From Eledone cirrhosa (lineage: Eukaryota), in NCBI GenBank assembly GCA_964016885.1, contig OZ024749.1, positions 11,284,001 through 11,348,000 of the forward strand: 64,000 bases of DNA, given 5' to 3'. Positions 10,001 through 24,819 of the stretch are shown in pieces (position 1 is the first letter of the stretch; each line of letters opens with the position of its first letter). Both the position numbers and the translations under genes were made by a program. Below the pieces are notes generated by a model. That model was not told where the DNA came from and ran no database searches. It saw nothing but the letters and a program-made list of their open reading frames with translations.

Positions 10001-13000
10001 AGACTAGTTGTCATAGGTTAGACTAGTTGTCATGGGTTAGACTAGTTGTCATAGGTTAGACTAGTTGTCATAGGTTAGACTAGTTGTCATAGGTTAGACT
10101 AGTTGTCATAGGTTAGACTAGTTGTCATAGGTTAGACTAGTTGTCATGGGTTAAACCAGTTGTCATAGGTTAGACTAGTTGTCATGAGTTAGACTAGTTG
10201 TCATAGGTTAGACTAGTTGTCATGGGTTAAACCAGTTGTCATGGGTTAGACTAGTTGTCATAGGTTAGACTAGTTGTCATGGGTTAAACCAGTTGTCATG
10301 GGTTAGACTAGTGGTCATGGGTTAGACTAGTTGTCATGGATTACAATAGTTGCCATAGGTTAGACTAGCTGTCATGGGTTAAACCAGTTGTCATGGGTTA
10401 GACTAGTTGTCATGGGTTAAACCAGTTGTCATGGGTTAGACTAGTTGTCATAGGTTAGACTAGTTGTCATGGGTTAAACCAGTTGTCATGGGTTAGACTA
10501 GTGGTCATGGGTTAGACTAGTTGTCATAGGTTAGACTAGTTGTCATGGGTTAGACTAGTTGTCATGGGTTAAACCAGTTGTCATGGGTTAGACTAGTTGT
10601 CATGGGTTAGACTAGTTGTCATGGGTTAGACTAGTTGTCATGGATTACAATAGTTGCCATAGGTTAGACTAGTTGTCATAGGTTAGACTAGTTGTCATAG
10701 GTTAGACTAGTTGTCATGGGTTAGACTAGTTATCATGGGTTAGACTAGTGGTCATGGGTTAGACTAGCTGTCATGGGTTAGACTAGTTGTCATGGGTTAG
10801 ACTAGTTGTCATGGGTTAGACTAGTTGTCATGGTTAGACTAGTTGTCATGGGTTAGACTAGTTGTCATGGGTTAGACTAGCTGTCATGGGTTAGACTAGT
10901 TGTCATGGTTAGACTAGTTGTCATGGGTTAGACTAGTTGTCATAGGTTAGACTAGTTGTCATGGGTTAGACTAGTTGTCATGGGTTAGACTAGTTGTCAT
11001 GGGTTAGACTAGTTGTCATGGGTTAGACTAGTTGTCATGGTTAGACTAGTTGTCATGGGTTAGACTAGTTGTCATAGGTTAGACTAGTTGTCATGGGTTA
11101 GACTAGTTGTCATGGTTAGACTAGTTGTCATGGGTTAGACTAGTTGTCATGGGTTAGACTAGTTGTCATAGGTTAGACTAGTTGTGATGGGTTAGACTAG
11201 TTGTCATGGGTTAGACTAGTTGTCATAGGTTAGACTAGTTGTCATGGATTACAATAGTTGCCATAGGTTAGACTAGTTGTCATAGGTTAGACTAGTTGTC
11301 ATAGGTTAGACTAGTTGTCATGGGTTAGACTAGTGGTCATGGGTTAGACTAGTTGTCATGGGTTAGACTAGCTGTCATGGGTTAGACTAGTTGTCATGGG
11401 TTAGACTAGCTGTCATGGGTTAGACTAGTTGTCATGGGTTAGACTAGCTGTCATGGGTTAGACTAGTTGTCATGGGTTAGACTAGCTGTCATGGGTTAGA
11501 CTAGTTGTCATGGGTTAGACTAGTTGTCATGGGTTAGACTAGCTGTCATGGGTTAGACTAGTTGTCATGGGTTAGACTAGCTGTCATGGGTTAGACTAGC
11601 TGTCATGGGTTAGACTAGTTGTCATGGGTTAGACTAGTTGTCATGGGTTAGACTAGCTGTCATGGGTTAGACTAGTTGTCATGGGTTAGACTAGCTGTCA
11701 TGGGTTAGACTAGTTGTCATGGGTTAGACTAGTTGTCATGGGTTAGACTAGCTGTCATGGGTTAGACTAGTTGTCATGGGTTAGACTAGTTGTCATGGGT
11801 TAGACTAGCTGTCATGGGTTAGACTAGCTGTCATGGGTTAGACTAGCTGTCATGGGTTAGACTAGTTGTCATGGGTTAGACTAGCTGTCATGGGTTAGAC
11901 TAGTTGTCATGGGTTAGACTAGCTGTCATGGGTTAGACTAGTTGTCATGGGTTAGACTAGCTGTCATGGGTTAGACTAGTTGTCATGGGTTAGACTAGTT
12001 GTCATGGGTTAGACTAGCTGTCATGGGTTAGACTAGCTGTCATGGGTTAGACTAGTTGTCATAGGTTAGACTAGTTGTCATGGGTTAAACTAGCTGTCAT
12101 GGGTTAGACTAGTTGTCATGGGTTAGACTAGTTGTCATGGGTTAGACTAGCTGTCATGGGTTAGACCAGTTGTCATGGGTTAGACTAGCTGTCATGGGTT
12201 AGACTAGTTGTCATGGGTTAGACTAGCTGTCATGGGTTAGACTAGTTGTCATGGGTTAGACTAGCTGTCATGGGTTAGACTAGTTGTCATGGGTTAGACT
12301 AGCTGTCATGGGTTAGACTAGTTGTCATGGGTTAGACTAGCTGTCATGGGTTAGACTAGTTGTCATGGGTTAGACTAGCTGTCATGGGTTAGACTAGCTG
12401 TCATGGGTTAGAATAGTGGTCATGGGTTAGACTAGTGGTCATGGGTTAGACTAATGGTCATGGGTTAGACTAGTTGTCATAGGTTAGACTAGTTGTCATG
12501 GGTTAGACTAGCTGTCATGGGTTAGACTAGTTGTCATGGGTTAGACTAGTTGTCATAGGTTAGACTAGTTGTCATAGGTTAGACTAGTTGTCATAGGTTA
12601 GACTAGTTGTCATGGGTTAGACTAGTTGTCATGGGTTAGACTAGTTGTCATGGATTACAATAGTTGCCATAGGTTAGACTAGCTGTCATGGGTTAAACCA
12701 GTTGTCATGGGTTAGACTAGTTGTCATGGGTTAGACTAGCTGTCATGGGTTAAACTAGCTGTCATGGGTTAGACTAGTTGTCATGGGTTAGACTAGTTGT
12801 CATGGGTTAGACTAGTTGTCATGGGTTAGACTAGTTGTCATGGGTTAGACTAGTTGTCATGGGTTAGACTAGTTGTCATAGGTTAGACTAGTTGTCATGG
12901 GTTAGACTAGTTGTCATGGGTTAGACTAATGGTCATAGGTTAGACTAGTTGTCATAGGTTAGACTAGTTGTCATGGGTTAGACTAGTTGTCATGGATTAC

Positions 13001-16000
13001 AATAGTTGCCATAGGTTAGACTAGCTGTCATGGGTTAAACCAGTTGTCATGGGTTAGACTAGTTGTCATAGGTTAGACTAGTTGTCATGGGTTAGACTAG
13101 TTGTCATGGGTTAGACTAGCTGTCATGGGTTAGACTAGCTGTCATGGGTTAGACTAGTTGTCATGGGTTAGACTAGCTGTCATGGGTTAGACTAGTTGTC
13201 ATAGGTTAGACTAGTGGTCATGGGTTAGACTAGCTGTCATGGGTTAGACTAGTTGTCATGGGTTAGACTAGTGGTCATGGGTTAGACTAGTTGTCATAGG
13301 TTAGACTAGTGGTCATGGGTTAGACTAGCTGTCATAGGTTAGACTAGTTGTCATGGGTTAGACTAGTGGTCATGGGTTAGACTAGTTGTCATGGGTTAGA
13401 CTAGTTGTCATGGGTTAGACTAGCTGTCATGGGTTAGACTAGCTGTCATGGGTTAGAATAGTGGTCATGGGTTAGACTAGTTGTCATAGGTTAGACTAGT
13501 TGTCATAGGTTAGACTAGTTGTCATGGGTTAGACTAGCTGTCATGGGTTAGACTAGTTGTCATAGGTTAGACTAGTTGTCATAGGTTAGACTAGTTGTCA
13601 TGGGTTAGACTAGCTGTCATGGGTTAGACTAGTTGTCATAGGTTAGACTAGTTGTCATAGGTTAGACTAGTTGTCATAGGTTAGACTAGTTGTCATGGGT
13701 TAGACTAGCTGTCATGGGTTAGACTAGTTGTCATGGGTTAGACTAGCTGTCATGGGTTAGACTAGTTGTCATGGGTTAGACTAGCTGTCATGGGTTAGAC
13801 TAGCTGTCATGGGTTAGACTAGCTGTCATGGGTTAGACTAGTTGTCATGGGTTAGACTAGTTGTCATTGGTTAGACTAGTTGTCATAGGTTAGACTAGTT
13901 GTCATAGGTTAGACTAGTGGTCATGGGTTAGACTAGTTGTCATGGGTTAGACTAGTTGTCATGGGTTAGACTAGTTGCCATAGGTTAGACTAGTTGTCAT
14001 AGGTTAGACTAGTTGTCATGGGTTAGACTAATGGTCATAGGTTAGACTAGTTGTCATAGGTTAGACTAGTTGTCATAGGTTAGACTAGTTGTCATAGGTT
14101 AGACTAGTTGTCATAGGTTAGACTAGTTGTCATAGGTTAGACTAGTTGTCATAGGTTAGACTAGTTGTCATTGGTTAGACTAGTTGTCATAGGTTAGACT
14201 AGTGGTCATGGGTTAGACTAGTGATCATGGGTTAGACTAGTTGTCATGGGTTAGACTAGTTGTCATAGGTTAGACTAGTTGTCATTGGTTAGACTAGTTG
14301 TCATAGGTTAGACTAGTTGTCATAGGTTAGACTAGTTGTCATAGGTTAGACTAGTTGTCATTGGTTAGACTAGTTGTCATAGGTTAGACTAGTTGTCATT
14401 GGTTAGACTAGTTGTCATAGGTTAGACTAGTTGTCATAGGTTAGAATAGTTGTCATAGGTTAGACTAGTTGTCATAGGTTAGACTAGTTGTCATAGGTTA
14501 GACTAGTTGTCATAGGTTAGACTAGTTGTCATAGGTTAGACTAGCTGTCATAGGTTAGACTAGTTGTCATAGGTTAGACTAGTTGTCATGGGTTAGACTA
14601 GCTGTCATAGGTTAGACTAGTGGTCATGGGTTAGACTAGTGATCATGGGTTAGACTAGTTGTCATGGGTTAGACTAGTTGTCATAGGTTAGACTAGTTGT
14701 CATAGGTTAGACTAGTTGTCATAGGTTAGACTAGCTGTCATAGGTTAGACTAGTTGTCATTGGTTAGACTAGTGGTCATGGGTTAGACTAGTGATCATGG
14801 GTTAGACTAGTTGTCATGGGTTAGACTAGTTGTCATAGGTTAGACTACTTGTCATAGGTTAGACTAGTTGTCATGGGTTAGACTAGTTGTCATGGTTTAG
14901 ACTAGTTGTCATAGGTTAGACTAGTTGTCATAGGTTAGACTAGCTGTCATAGGTTAGACTAGTGATCATGGGTTAGACTAGTTGTCATGGGTTAGACTAG
15001 TTGTCATAGGTTAGACTAGTTGTCATGGGTTAGACTAGTTGTCATAGGTTAGACTAGTTGTCATGGGTTAGACTAGTGATCATGGGTTAGACTAGTTGTC
15101 ATGGCTTAGACTAGTGGTCATGGGTTAGACTAGTTGTCATAGGTTAGACTAGTTGTCATGGGTTAGACTAGTTGTCATAGGTTAGACTAGTTGTCATGGT
15201 TTAGACTAGTTGTCATAGGTTAGACTAGTTGTCATGGGTTAGACTAGCTGTCATGGGTTAGACTAGTTGTCATGGGTTAGACTAGTTGTCATGGGTTAGA
15301 CTAGCTGTCATAGGTTAGACTAGTTGTCATGGGTTAGACTAGTTGTCATAGGTTAGACTAGTTGTCATAGGTTAGACTAGTTGTCATGGGTTAGACTAGT
15401 TGTCATAGGTTAGACTAGTTGTCATGGCTTAGACTAGTGGTCATGGGTTAGACTAATGGTCATGGGTTAGACTAGTTGTCATAGGTTAGACTAGTTGTCA
15501 TAGGTTAGACTAGTTGTCATAGGTTAGACTAGTTGTCATAGGTTAGACTAGTTGTCATGGCTTAGACTAGTGGTCATGGGTTAGACTAGTGATCATGGGT
15601 TAGACTAGTTGTCATGGGTTAGACTAGTTGTCATAGGTTAGACTAGTTGTCATGGGTTAGACTAGTTGTCATAGGTTAGACTAGTTGTCATGGCTTAGAC
15701 TAGTGGTCATGGGTTAGACTAATGGTCATGGGTTAGACTAGTTGTCATAGGTTAGACTAGTTGTCATAGGTTAGACTAGTTGTCATAGGTTAGACTAGTT
15801 GTCATTGGTTGGACTAGTTGTCATTGGTTAGACTAGTGGTCATGAGTTAGACTAGTTGTCATGGGTTAGACTAGTTGTCATGGGTTAGACTAGTTGTCAT
15901 AGGTTAGACTAGTTGTCATTGGTTAGACTAGTGGTCATGGGTTAGACTAGTGGTCATGGGTTAGACTAATGGTCATGGGTTAGACTAGTTGTCATAGGTT

Positions 16001-19000
16001 AGACTAGTTGTCATAGGTTAGACTAGTTGTCATTGGTTGGACTAGTTGTCATTGGTTAGACTAGTGGTCATGAGTTAGACTAGTTGTCATGGGTTAGACT
16101 AGTTGTCATGGGTTAGACTAGTTGTCATAGGTTAGACTAGTTGTCATTGGTTAGACTAGTTGTCATAGGTTAGACTAGTTGTCATGGGTTAGACTAGTTG
16201 TCATAGGTTAGACTAGCTGTCATGGGTTAGACTAGTTGTCATAGGTTAGACTAGTTGTCATAGGTTAGACTAGTTGTCATTGGTTGGACTAGTTGTCATT
16301 GGTTAGACTAGTTGTCATGGCTTAGACTAGTTGTCATAGGTTAGACTAGTGGTCATGAGTTAGACTAGTTGTCATGGGTTAGACTAGTTGTCATGGGTTA
16401 GACTAGTTGTCATTGGTTGGACTAGTTGTCATTGGTTAGACTAGTGGTCATGAGTTAGACTAGTTGTCATGGGTTAGACTAGTTGTCATGGGTTAGACTA
16501 GTTGTCATAGGTTAGACTAGTTGTCATTGGTTAGACTAGTGGTCATGGGTTAGACTAGTGGTCATGGGTTAGACTAATGGTCATGGGTTAGACTAGTTGT
16601 CATAGGTTAGACTAGTTGTCATAGGTTAGACTAGTTGTCATTGGTTGGACTAGTTGTCATGGGTTAGACTAGTGGTCATAGGTTAGACTAGTTGTCATTG
16701 GTTAGACTAGTGGTCATGAGTTAGACTAGTTGTCATGGGTTAGACTAGTTGTCATGGGTTAGACTAGTTGTCATAGGTTAGACTAGTTGTCATTGGTTAG
16801 ACTAGTGGTCATGGGTTAGACTAGTGGTCATGGGTTAGACTAGTTGTCATGGGTTAGACTAGTTGTCATGGGTTAGACTAGTTGTCATAGGTTAGACTAG
16901 TTGTCATTGGTTAGACTAGTGGTCATGGGTTAGACTAGTGGTCATGGGTTAGACTAATGGTCATGGGTTAGACTAATGGTCATGGGTTAGACTAGTTGTC
17001 ATAGGTTAGACTAGTTGTCATAGGTTAGACTAGTTGTCATTGGTTAGACTAGTTGTCATTGGTTAGACTAGTGGTCATGGATTAGACTAGTTGTCATAGG
17101 TTAGACTAGTTGTCATAGGTTAGACTAGTTGTCATAGGTTAGACTAGTTGTCATTGGTTAGACTAGTTGTCATGGGTTAGACTAGTTGTCATGAGTTAGA
17201 CTAGTTGTCATAGGTTAGACTAGTTGTCATAGGTTAGACTAGTTGTCATAGGTTAGACTAGTTGTCATAGGTTAGACTAGTTGTCATGGGTTAGACTAGC
17301 TGTCATGGGTTAGACTAGTTGTCATAGGTTAGACTAGTTGTCATAGGTTAGACTAGTTGTCATGGGTTAGACTAGCTGTCATGGGTTAGACTAGTTGTCA
17401 TAGGTTAGACTAGTTGTCATAGGTTAGACTAGTTGTCATAGGTTAGACTAGTTGTCATGGGTTAGACTAGCTGTCATGGGTTAGACTAGTTGTCATGGGT
17501 TAGACTAGCTGTCATGGGTTAGACTAGTTGTCATGGGTTAGACTAGCTGTCATGGGTTAGACTAGCTGTCATGGGTTAGACTAGCTGTCATGGGTTAGAC
17601 TAGTTGTCATGGGTTAGACTAGTTGTCATTGGTTAGACTAGTTGTCATAGGTTAGACTAGTTGTCATAGGTTAGACTAGTGGTCATGGGTTAGACTAGTT
17701 GTCATGGGTTAGACTAGTTGTCATGGGTTAGACTAGTTGCCATAGGTTAGACTAGTTGTCATAGGTTAGACTAGTTGTCATGGGTTAGACTAATGGTCAT
17801 AGGTTAGACTAGTTGTCATAGGTTAGACTAGTTGTCATAGGTTAGACTAGTTGTCATAGGTTAGACTAGTTGTCATAGGTTAGACTAGTTGTCATAGGTT
17901 AGACTAGTTGTCATAGGTTAGACTAGTTGTCATTGGTTAGACTAGTTGTCATAGGTTAGACTAGTGGTCATGGGTTAGACTAGTGATCATGGGTTAGACT
18001 AGTTGTCATGGGTTAGACTAGTTGTCATAGGTTAGACTAGTTGTCATTGGTTAGACTAGTTGTCATAGGTTAGACTAGTTGTCATAGGTTAGACTAGTTG
18101 TCATAGGTTAGACTAGTTGTCATTGGTTAGACTAGTTGTCATAGGTTAGACTAGTTGTCATTGGTTAGACTAGTTGTCATAGGTTAGACTAGTTGTCATA
18201 GGTTAGAATAGTTGTCATAGGTTAGACTAGTTGTCATAGGTTAGACTAGTTGTCATAGGTTAGACTAGTTGTCATAGGTTAGACTAGTTGTCATAGGTTA
18301 GACTAGCTGTCATAGGTTAGACTAGTTGTCATAGGTTAGACTAGTTGTCATGGGTTAGACTAGCTGTCATAGGTTAGACTAGTGGTCATGGGTTAGACTA
18401 GTGATCATGGGTTAGACTAGTTGTCATGGGTTAGACTAGTTGTCATAGGTTAGACTAGTTGTCATAGGTTAGACTAGCTGTCATAGGTTAGACTAGTTGT
18501 CATTGGTTAGACTAGTGGTCATGGGTTAGACTAGTGATCATGGGTTAGACTAGTTGTCATGGGTTAGACTAGTTGTCATAGGTTAGACTACTTGTCATAG
18601 GTTAGACTAGTTGTCATGGGTTAGACTAGTTGTCATGGTTTAGACTAGTTGTCATAGGTTAGACTAGTTGTCATAGGTTAGACTAGCTGTCATAGGTTAG
18701 ACTAGTGATCATGGGTTAGACTAGTTGTCATGGGTTAGACTAGTTGTCATAGGTTAGACTAGTTGTCATGGGTTAGACTAGTTGTCATAGGTTAGACTAG
18801 TTGTCATGGGTTAGACTAGTGATCATGGGTTAGACTAGTTGTCATGGCTTAGACTAGTGGTCATGGGTTAGACTAGTTGTCATAGGTTAGACTAGTTGTC
18901 ATGGGTTAGACTAGTTGTCATAGGTTAGACTAGTTGTCATGGTTTAGACTAGTTGTCATAGGTTAGACTAGTTGTCATGGGTTAGACTAGCTGTCATGGG

Positions 19001-21634
19001 TTAGACTAGTTGTCATGGGTTAGACTAGTTGTCATGGGTTAGACTAGCTGTCATAGGTTAGACTAGTTGTCATGGGTTAGACTAGTTGTCATAGGTTAGA
19101 CTAGTTGTCATAGGTTAGACTAGTTGTCATGGGTTAGACTAGTTGTCATAGGTTAGACTAGTTGTCATGGCTTAGACTAGTGGTCATGGGTTAGACTAAT
19201 GGTCATGGGTTAGACTAGTTGTCATAGGTTAGACTAGTTGTCATAGGTTAGACTAGTTGTCATAGGTTAGACTAGTTGTCATAGGTTAGACTAGTTGTCA
19301 TGGCTTAGACTAGTGGTCATGGGTTAGACTAGTGATCATGGGTTAGACTAGTTGTCATGGGTTAGACTAGTTGTCATAGGTTAGACTAGTTGTCATGGGT
19401 TAGACTAGTTGTCATAGGTTAGACTAGTTGTCATGGCTTAGACTAGTGGTCATGGGTTAGACTAATGGTCATGGGTTAGACTAGTTGTCATAGGTTAGAC
19501 TAGTTGTCATAGGTTAGACTAGTTGTCATAGGTTAGACTAGTTGTCATTGGTTGGACTAGTTGTCATTGGTTAGACTAGTGGTCATGAGTTAGACTAGTT
19601 GTCATGGGTTAGACTAGTTGTCATGGGTTAGACTAGTTGTCATAGGTTAGACTAGTTGTCATTGGTTAGACTAGTGGTCATGGGTTAGACTAGTGGTCAT
19701 GGGTTAGACTAATGGTCATGGGTTAGACTAGTTGTCATAGGTTAGACTAGTTGTCATAGGTTAGACTAGTTGTCATTGGTTGGACTAGTTGTCATTGGTT
19801 AGACTAGTTGTCATGGCTTAGACTAGTTGTCATAGGTTAGACTAGTGGTCATGAGTTAGACTAGTTGTCATGGGTTAGACTAGTTGTCATGGGTTAGACT
19901 AGTTGTCATTGGTTGGACTAGTTGTCATTGGTTAGACTAGTGGTCATGAGTTAGACTAGTTGTCATGGGTTAGACTAGTTGTCATGGGTTAGACTAGTTG
20001 TCATAGGTTAGACTAGTTGTCATTGGTTAGACTAGTGGTCATGGGTTAGACTAGTGGTCATGGGTTAGACTAATGGTCATGGGTTAGACTAGTTGTCATA
20101 GGTTAGACTAGTTGTCATAGGTTAGACTAGTTGTCATTGGTTGGACTAGTTGTCATGGGTTAGACTAGTGGTCATAGGTTAGACTAGTTGTCATTGGTTA
20201 GACTAGTGGTCATGAGTTAGACTAGTTGTCATGGGTTAGACTAGTTGTCATGGGTTAGACTAGTTGTCATAGGTTAGACTAGTTGTCATTGGTTAGACTA
20301 GTGGTCATGGGTTAGACTAGTGGTCATGGGTTAGACTAGTTGTCATGGGTTAGACTAGTTGTCATGGGTTAGACTAGTTGTCATAGGTTAGACTAGTTGT
20401 CATTGGTTAGACTAGTGGTCATGGGTTAGACTAGTGGTCATGGGTTAGACTAATGGTCATGGGTTAGACTAATGGTCATGGGTTAGACTAGTTGTCATAG
20501 GTTAGACTAGTTGTCATAGGTTAGACTAGTTGTCATTGGTTAGACTAGTTGTCATTGGTTAGACTAGTGGTCATGGATTAGACTAGTTGTCATAGGTTAG
20601 ACTAGTTGTCATAGGTTAGACTAGTTGTCATAGGTTAGACTAGTTGTCATTGGTTAGACTAGTTGTCATGGGTTAGACTAGTTGTCATGAGTTAGACTAG
20701 TTGTCATAGGTTAGACTAGTTGTCATAGGTTAGACTAGTTGTCATAGGTTAGACTAGTTGTCATAGGTTAGACTAGTTGTCATAGGTTAGACTAGTTGTC
20801 ATTGGTTGGACTAGTTGTCATTGGTTGGACTAGTTGTCATTGGTTAGACTAGTGGTCATGGGTTAGACTAATGGTCATGGGTTAGACTAGTTGTCATAGG
20901 TTAGACTAGTTGTCATAGGTTAGACTAGTTGTCATAGGTTAGACTAGTTGTCATAGGTTAGACTAGTTGTCATTGGTTAGACTAGTGGTCATGGGTTAGA
21001 CTAGTGGTCATGGGTTAGACTAATGGTCATGGGTTAGACTAATGGTCATGGGTTAGACTAGTTGTCATAGGTTAGACTAGTTGTCATAGGTTAGACTAGT
21101 TGTCATTGGTTAGACTAGTTGTCATGGGTTGGACTAGTTGTCATTGGTTAGACTAGTGGTCATGGGTTAGACTAGTGGTCATGGGTTAGACTAGTGGTCA
21201 TAGGTTAGACTAGTGGTCATGGGTTAGACTAGTTGTCATTGGTTGGACTAGTTGTCATTGGTTAGACTAGTTGTCATTGGTTGGACTAGTGGTCATGGGT
21301 TAGACTAGTGGTTATGGGTTAGACTAGTGGTCATGGGTTAGACTAATGGTCATGGGTTAGACTAGTGGTCATGGGTTAGACTAGTTGTCATTGGTTGGAC
21401 TAGTTGTCATTGGTTAGACTAGTTGTCATTGGTTGGACTAGTGGTCATGGGTTAGACTAGTGGTCATGGGTTAGACTAGTGGTCATGGGTTAGACTAGTT
21501 GTCATTGGTTGGACTAGTTGTCATTGGTTAGACTAGTTGTCATTGGTTGGACTAGTGGTCATGGGTTAGACTAGTGGTCATGGGTTAGACTAGTGGTCAT
21601 GGGTTAGACTAGTTGTCATGGGTTAGACTAGTTG

Positions 21635-22847
21635 AATGCATTTGAATGAGCTTGCAGACAGCATAACTATAGTTTGACCGCAGCTGTGAGCAGGTGTGCA
21701 GGAATATCCGGTAATTGAGATCCTAAAAATGGAAAAATCACAGTCGATTCGGTCAATGACACTTTGAGCGCCAGTTAGAATCTTATCTTTCCTTCACCGA
21801 TAACAATGTATTTCATGTCTGAAATTATTGACTCAACCGTAACGAGTTAACACTATGTAGATCTATTTTATTCCCGATTGTATAAATAATATTACAAATA
21901 AAAAAGAGAAAAGAAAAAACAGAAGCGAGTAGAACACACGTCTAGGACCACATACAACACATAATCAGGTAGTACACACATCTAGGACCACATACAACAC
22001 ATAATCAGGTAGAACACACATCTAGGACCACATACAACACATAATCAGGTAGTACACACATCTAGGACCACATACAACACATAATTAGATAATACACACA
22101 TCTAGGACCACATACAACACATAATCAGGTAGTACACACATCTAGGACCACATACAACACATAATCAGGTAGTACACACATCTAGGACCACATACAACAC
22201 ATAATCAGGTAGAACACACATCTAGGACCACATACAACACATAATCAGGTAGTACACACATCTAGGACCACATACAACACATAATCAGGTAGTACACACA
22301 TCTAGGACCACATACAACACATAATTAGATAATACACACATCTAGGACCACATACAACACATAATTAGATAATACACACATCTAGGACCACATACAACAC
22401 ATAATTAGATAATACACACATCTAGGACCACATACAACACATAATCAGGTAGTACACACATCTAGGACCACATACAACACATAATCAGGTAGTACACACA
22501 TCTAGGACCACATACAACACATAATCAGGTAGTACACACATCTAGGACCACATACAACACATAATTAGATAATACACACATCTAGGACCACATACAACAC
22601 ATAATTAGATAATACACACATCTAGGACCACATACAACACATAATTAGATAATACACACATCTAGGACCACATACAACACATAATTAGATAATACACACA
22701 TCTAGGACCACATACAACACATAATTAGATAATACACACATCTAGGACCACATACAACACATAATTAGATAGTACACACATCTTTGGAATATTGTTAATC
22801 AATTTTTTAGTAATCTACTGATATAAAAATCAGTAGTATATTGAAAA
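21635..22847. repeat. Cassette 1: 306-bp unique segment, 21 x 40-bp repeat, ~65-bp hairpin segment
   Basis: Starts AATGCATTTGAATGAGC; 40-mer TCTAGGACCACATACAACACATAATCAGGTAGTACACACA from 21941 to 22780; ends CTACTGAT-ATAAAA-ATCAGTAGTATATTGAAAA. Confidence 0.93.
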
Positions 22848-24819
22848 ATGGTTTAGACTAGTTGTCATGGGTTACAATAGTTGTCATGGGTTAGACTAGT
22901 TGTCATGGTTTAGACTAGTTGTCATGGTTTAGACTAGCTGTCATGGGTTACAATAGTTGTCATGGGTTAGACTAGTTGTCATGGTTTAGACTAGTTGTCA
23001 TGGGTTACAATAGTTGTCATGGGTTAGACTAGTTGTCATGGTTTAGACTAGTTGTCATGGGTTACAATAGTTGTCATGGGTTAGACTAGTTGGCATGGCT
23101 TAGACTAGTTGTCATGGCTTTGACTAGTTGTCATGGCTTTGACTAGTTGTCATGGGTTAGACTAGTTGTCATAGGTTAGACTAGTTGTCATGGGTTAGAC
23201 TAGTTGTCATGGTTTAGACTAGTTGTCATGGTTTAGACTAGTTGTCATAGGTTAGACTAGTTGTCATGGGTTAGACTAGTTGTCATAGGTTAGACTAGTT
23301 GTCATGGTTTAGACTAGTTGTCATAGGTTAGACTAGTTGTCATGGTTTAGACTAGTTGTCATAGGTTAGACTAGTTGTCATGGGTTAGACTAGTTGTCAT
23401 GGGTTAGACTAGTTGTCATAGGTTAGACTAGTTGTCATAGGTTAGACTAGTTGTCATGGTTTAGACTAGTTGTCATAGGTTAGACTAGTTGTCATGGGTT
23501 AGACTAGTTGTCATGGGTTAGATTAGTTGTCATAGGTTAGACTAGTTGTCATAGGTTAGACTAGTTGTCATGGGTTAGATTAGTTGTCATAGGTTAGACT
23601 AGTTGTCATAGGTTAGACTAGTTGTCATAGGTTAGACTAGTTGTCATGGGTTAGATTAGTTGTCATAGGTTAGACTAGTTGTCATGGGTTAGACTAGTTG
23701 TCATGGGTTAGACTAGTTGTCATGGGTTAGACTAGTTGTCATAGGTTAGACTAGTTGTCATAGGTTAGACTAGTTGTCATTGGTTAGACTAGTGGTCATG
23801 GGTTAGACTAGTTGTCATGGGTTAGACTAGTTGTCATGGGTTAGACTAGTTGTCATGGGTTAGACTAGTTGTCATGGGTTAGACTAGTTGTCATGGGTTA
23901 GACTAGTTGTCATGGGTTAGACTAGTTGTCATGGGTTAGACTAGTTGTCATGGGTTAGACTAGTTGTCATGAGCTAGACTAGTTGTCATGAGTTAGACTA
24001 GTTGTCATAGGTTAGACTAGTTGTCATGGGTTAGACTAGTTGTCATGGGTTAGACTAGTTGTCATGGTTAGACTAGTTGTCATGGGTTAGACTAGTTGTC
24101 GTAAGTTAGACTAGTTGTCATGGTTTAGACTAGTTGTCATGGGTTACAATAGTTGTCATGGGTTACAATAGTTGTCATGGGTTACAATAGTTGTCATGGG
24201 TTAGACTAGTTGTCATGGGTTAGACTAGTTGTCATGGGTTAGACTAGTTGTCATGGTTTAGACTAGTTGTCATAGGTTAGACTAGTTGTCATGGGTTAGA
24301 CTAGTTGTCATGGTTAGACTAGTTGTCATGGGTTAGACTAGTTGTCATAGGTTAGACTAGTTGTCATGGGTTAGACTAGTTGTCATAGGTTAGACTAGTT
24401 GTCATGTGTTAGACTAGTTGTCATGGCTTAGACTAGTTGTCATTGGTTAGACTAGTGGTCATGGGTTAGACTAGTTGTCATGGGTTAGACTAGTTGTCAT
24501 GGGTTAGACTAGTTGTCATAGGTTAGACTAGTTGTCATAGGTTAGACTAGTTGTCATAGGTTAGACTAGTTGTCATGGCTTAGACTAGTGGTCATGGGTT
24601 AGATTAGTTGTCATGGGTTAGACGAGTTGTCATAGGTTAGACTAGTTGTCATAGGTTAGACTAGTTGTCATAGGTTAGACTAGTTGTCATGGGTTAGACT
24701 AGTGGTCATGGGTTAGATTAGTTGTCATGGGTTAGACTAGTGGTCATGGGTTAGACTAGTGGTCATGGGTTAGACTAGTTGTAATGGGTTAGACGAGTTG
24801 TCATGGGTTAGACTAGTTG

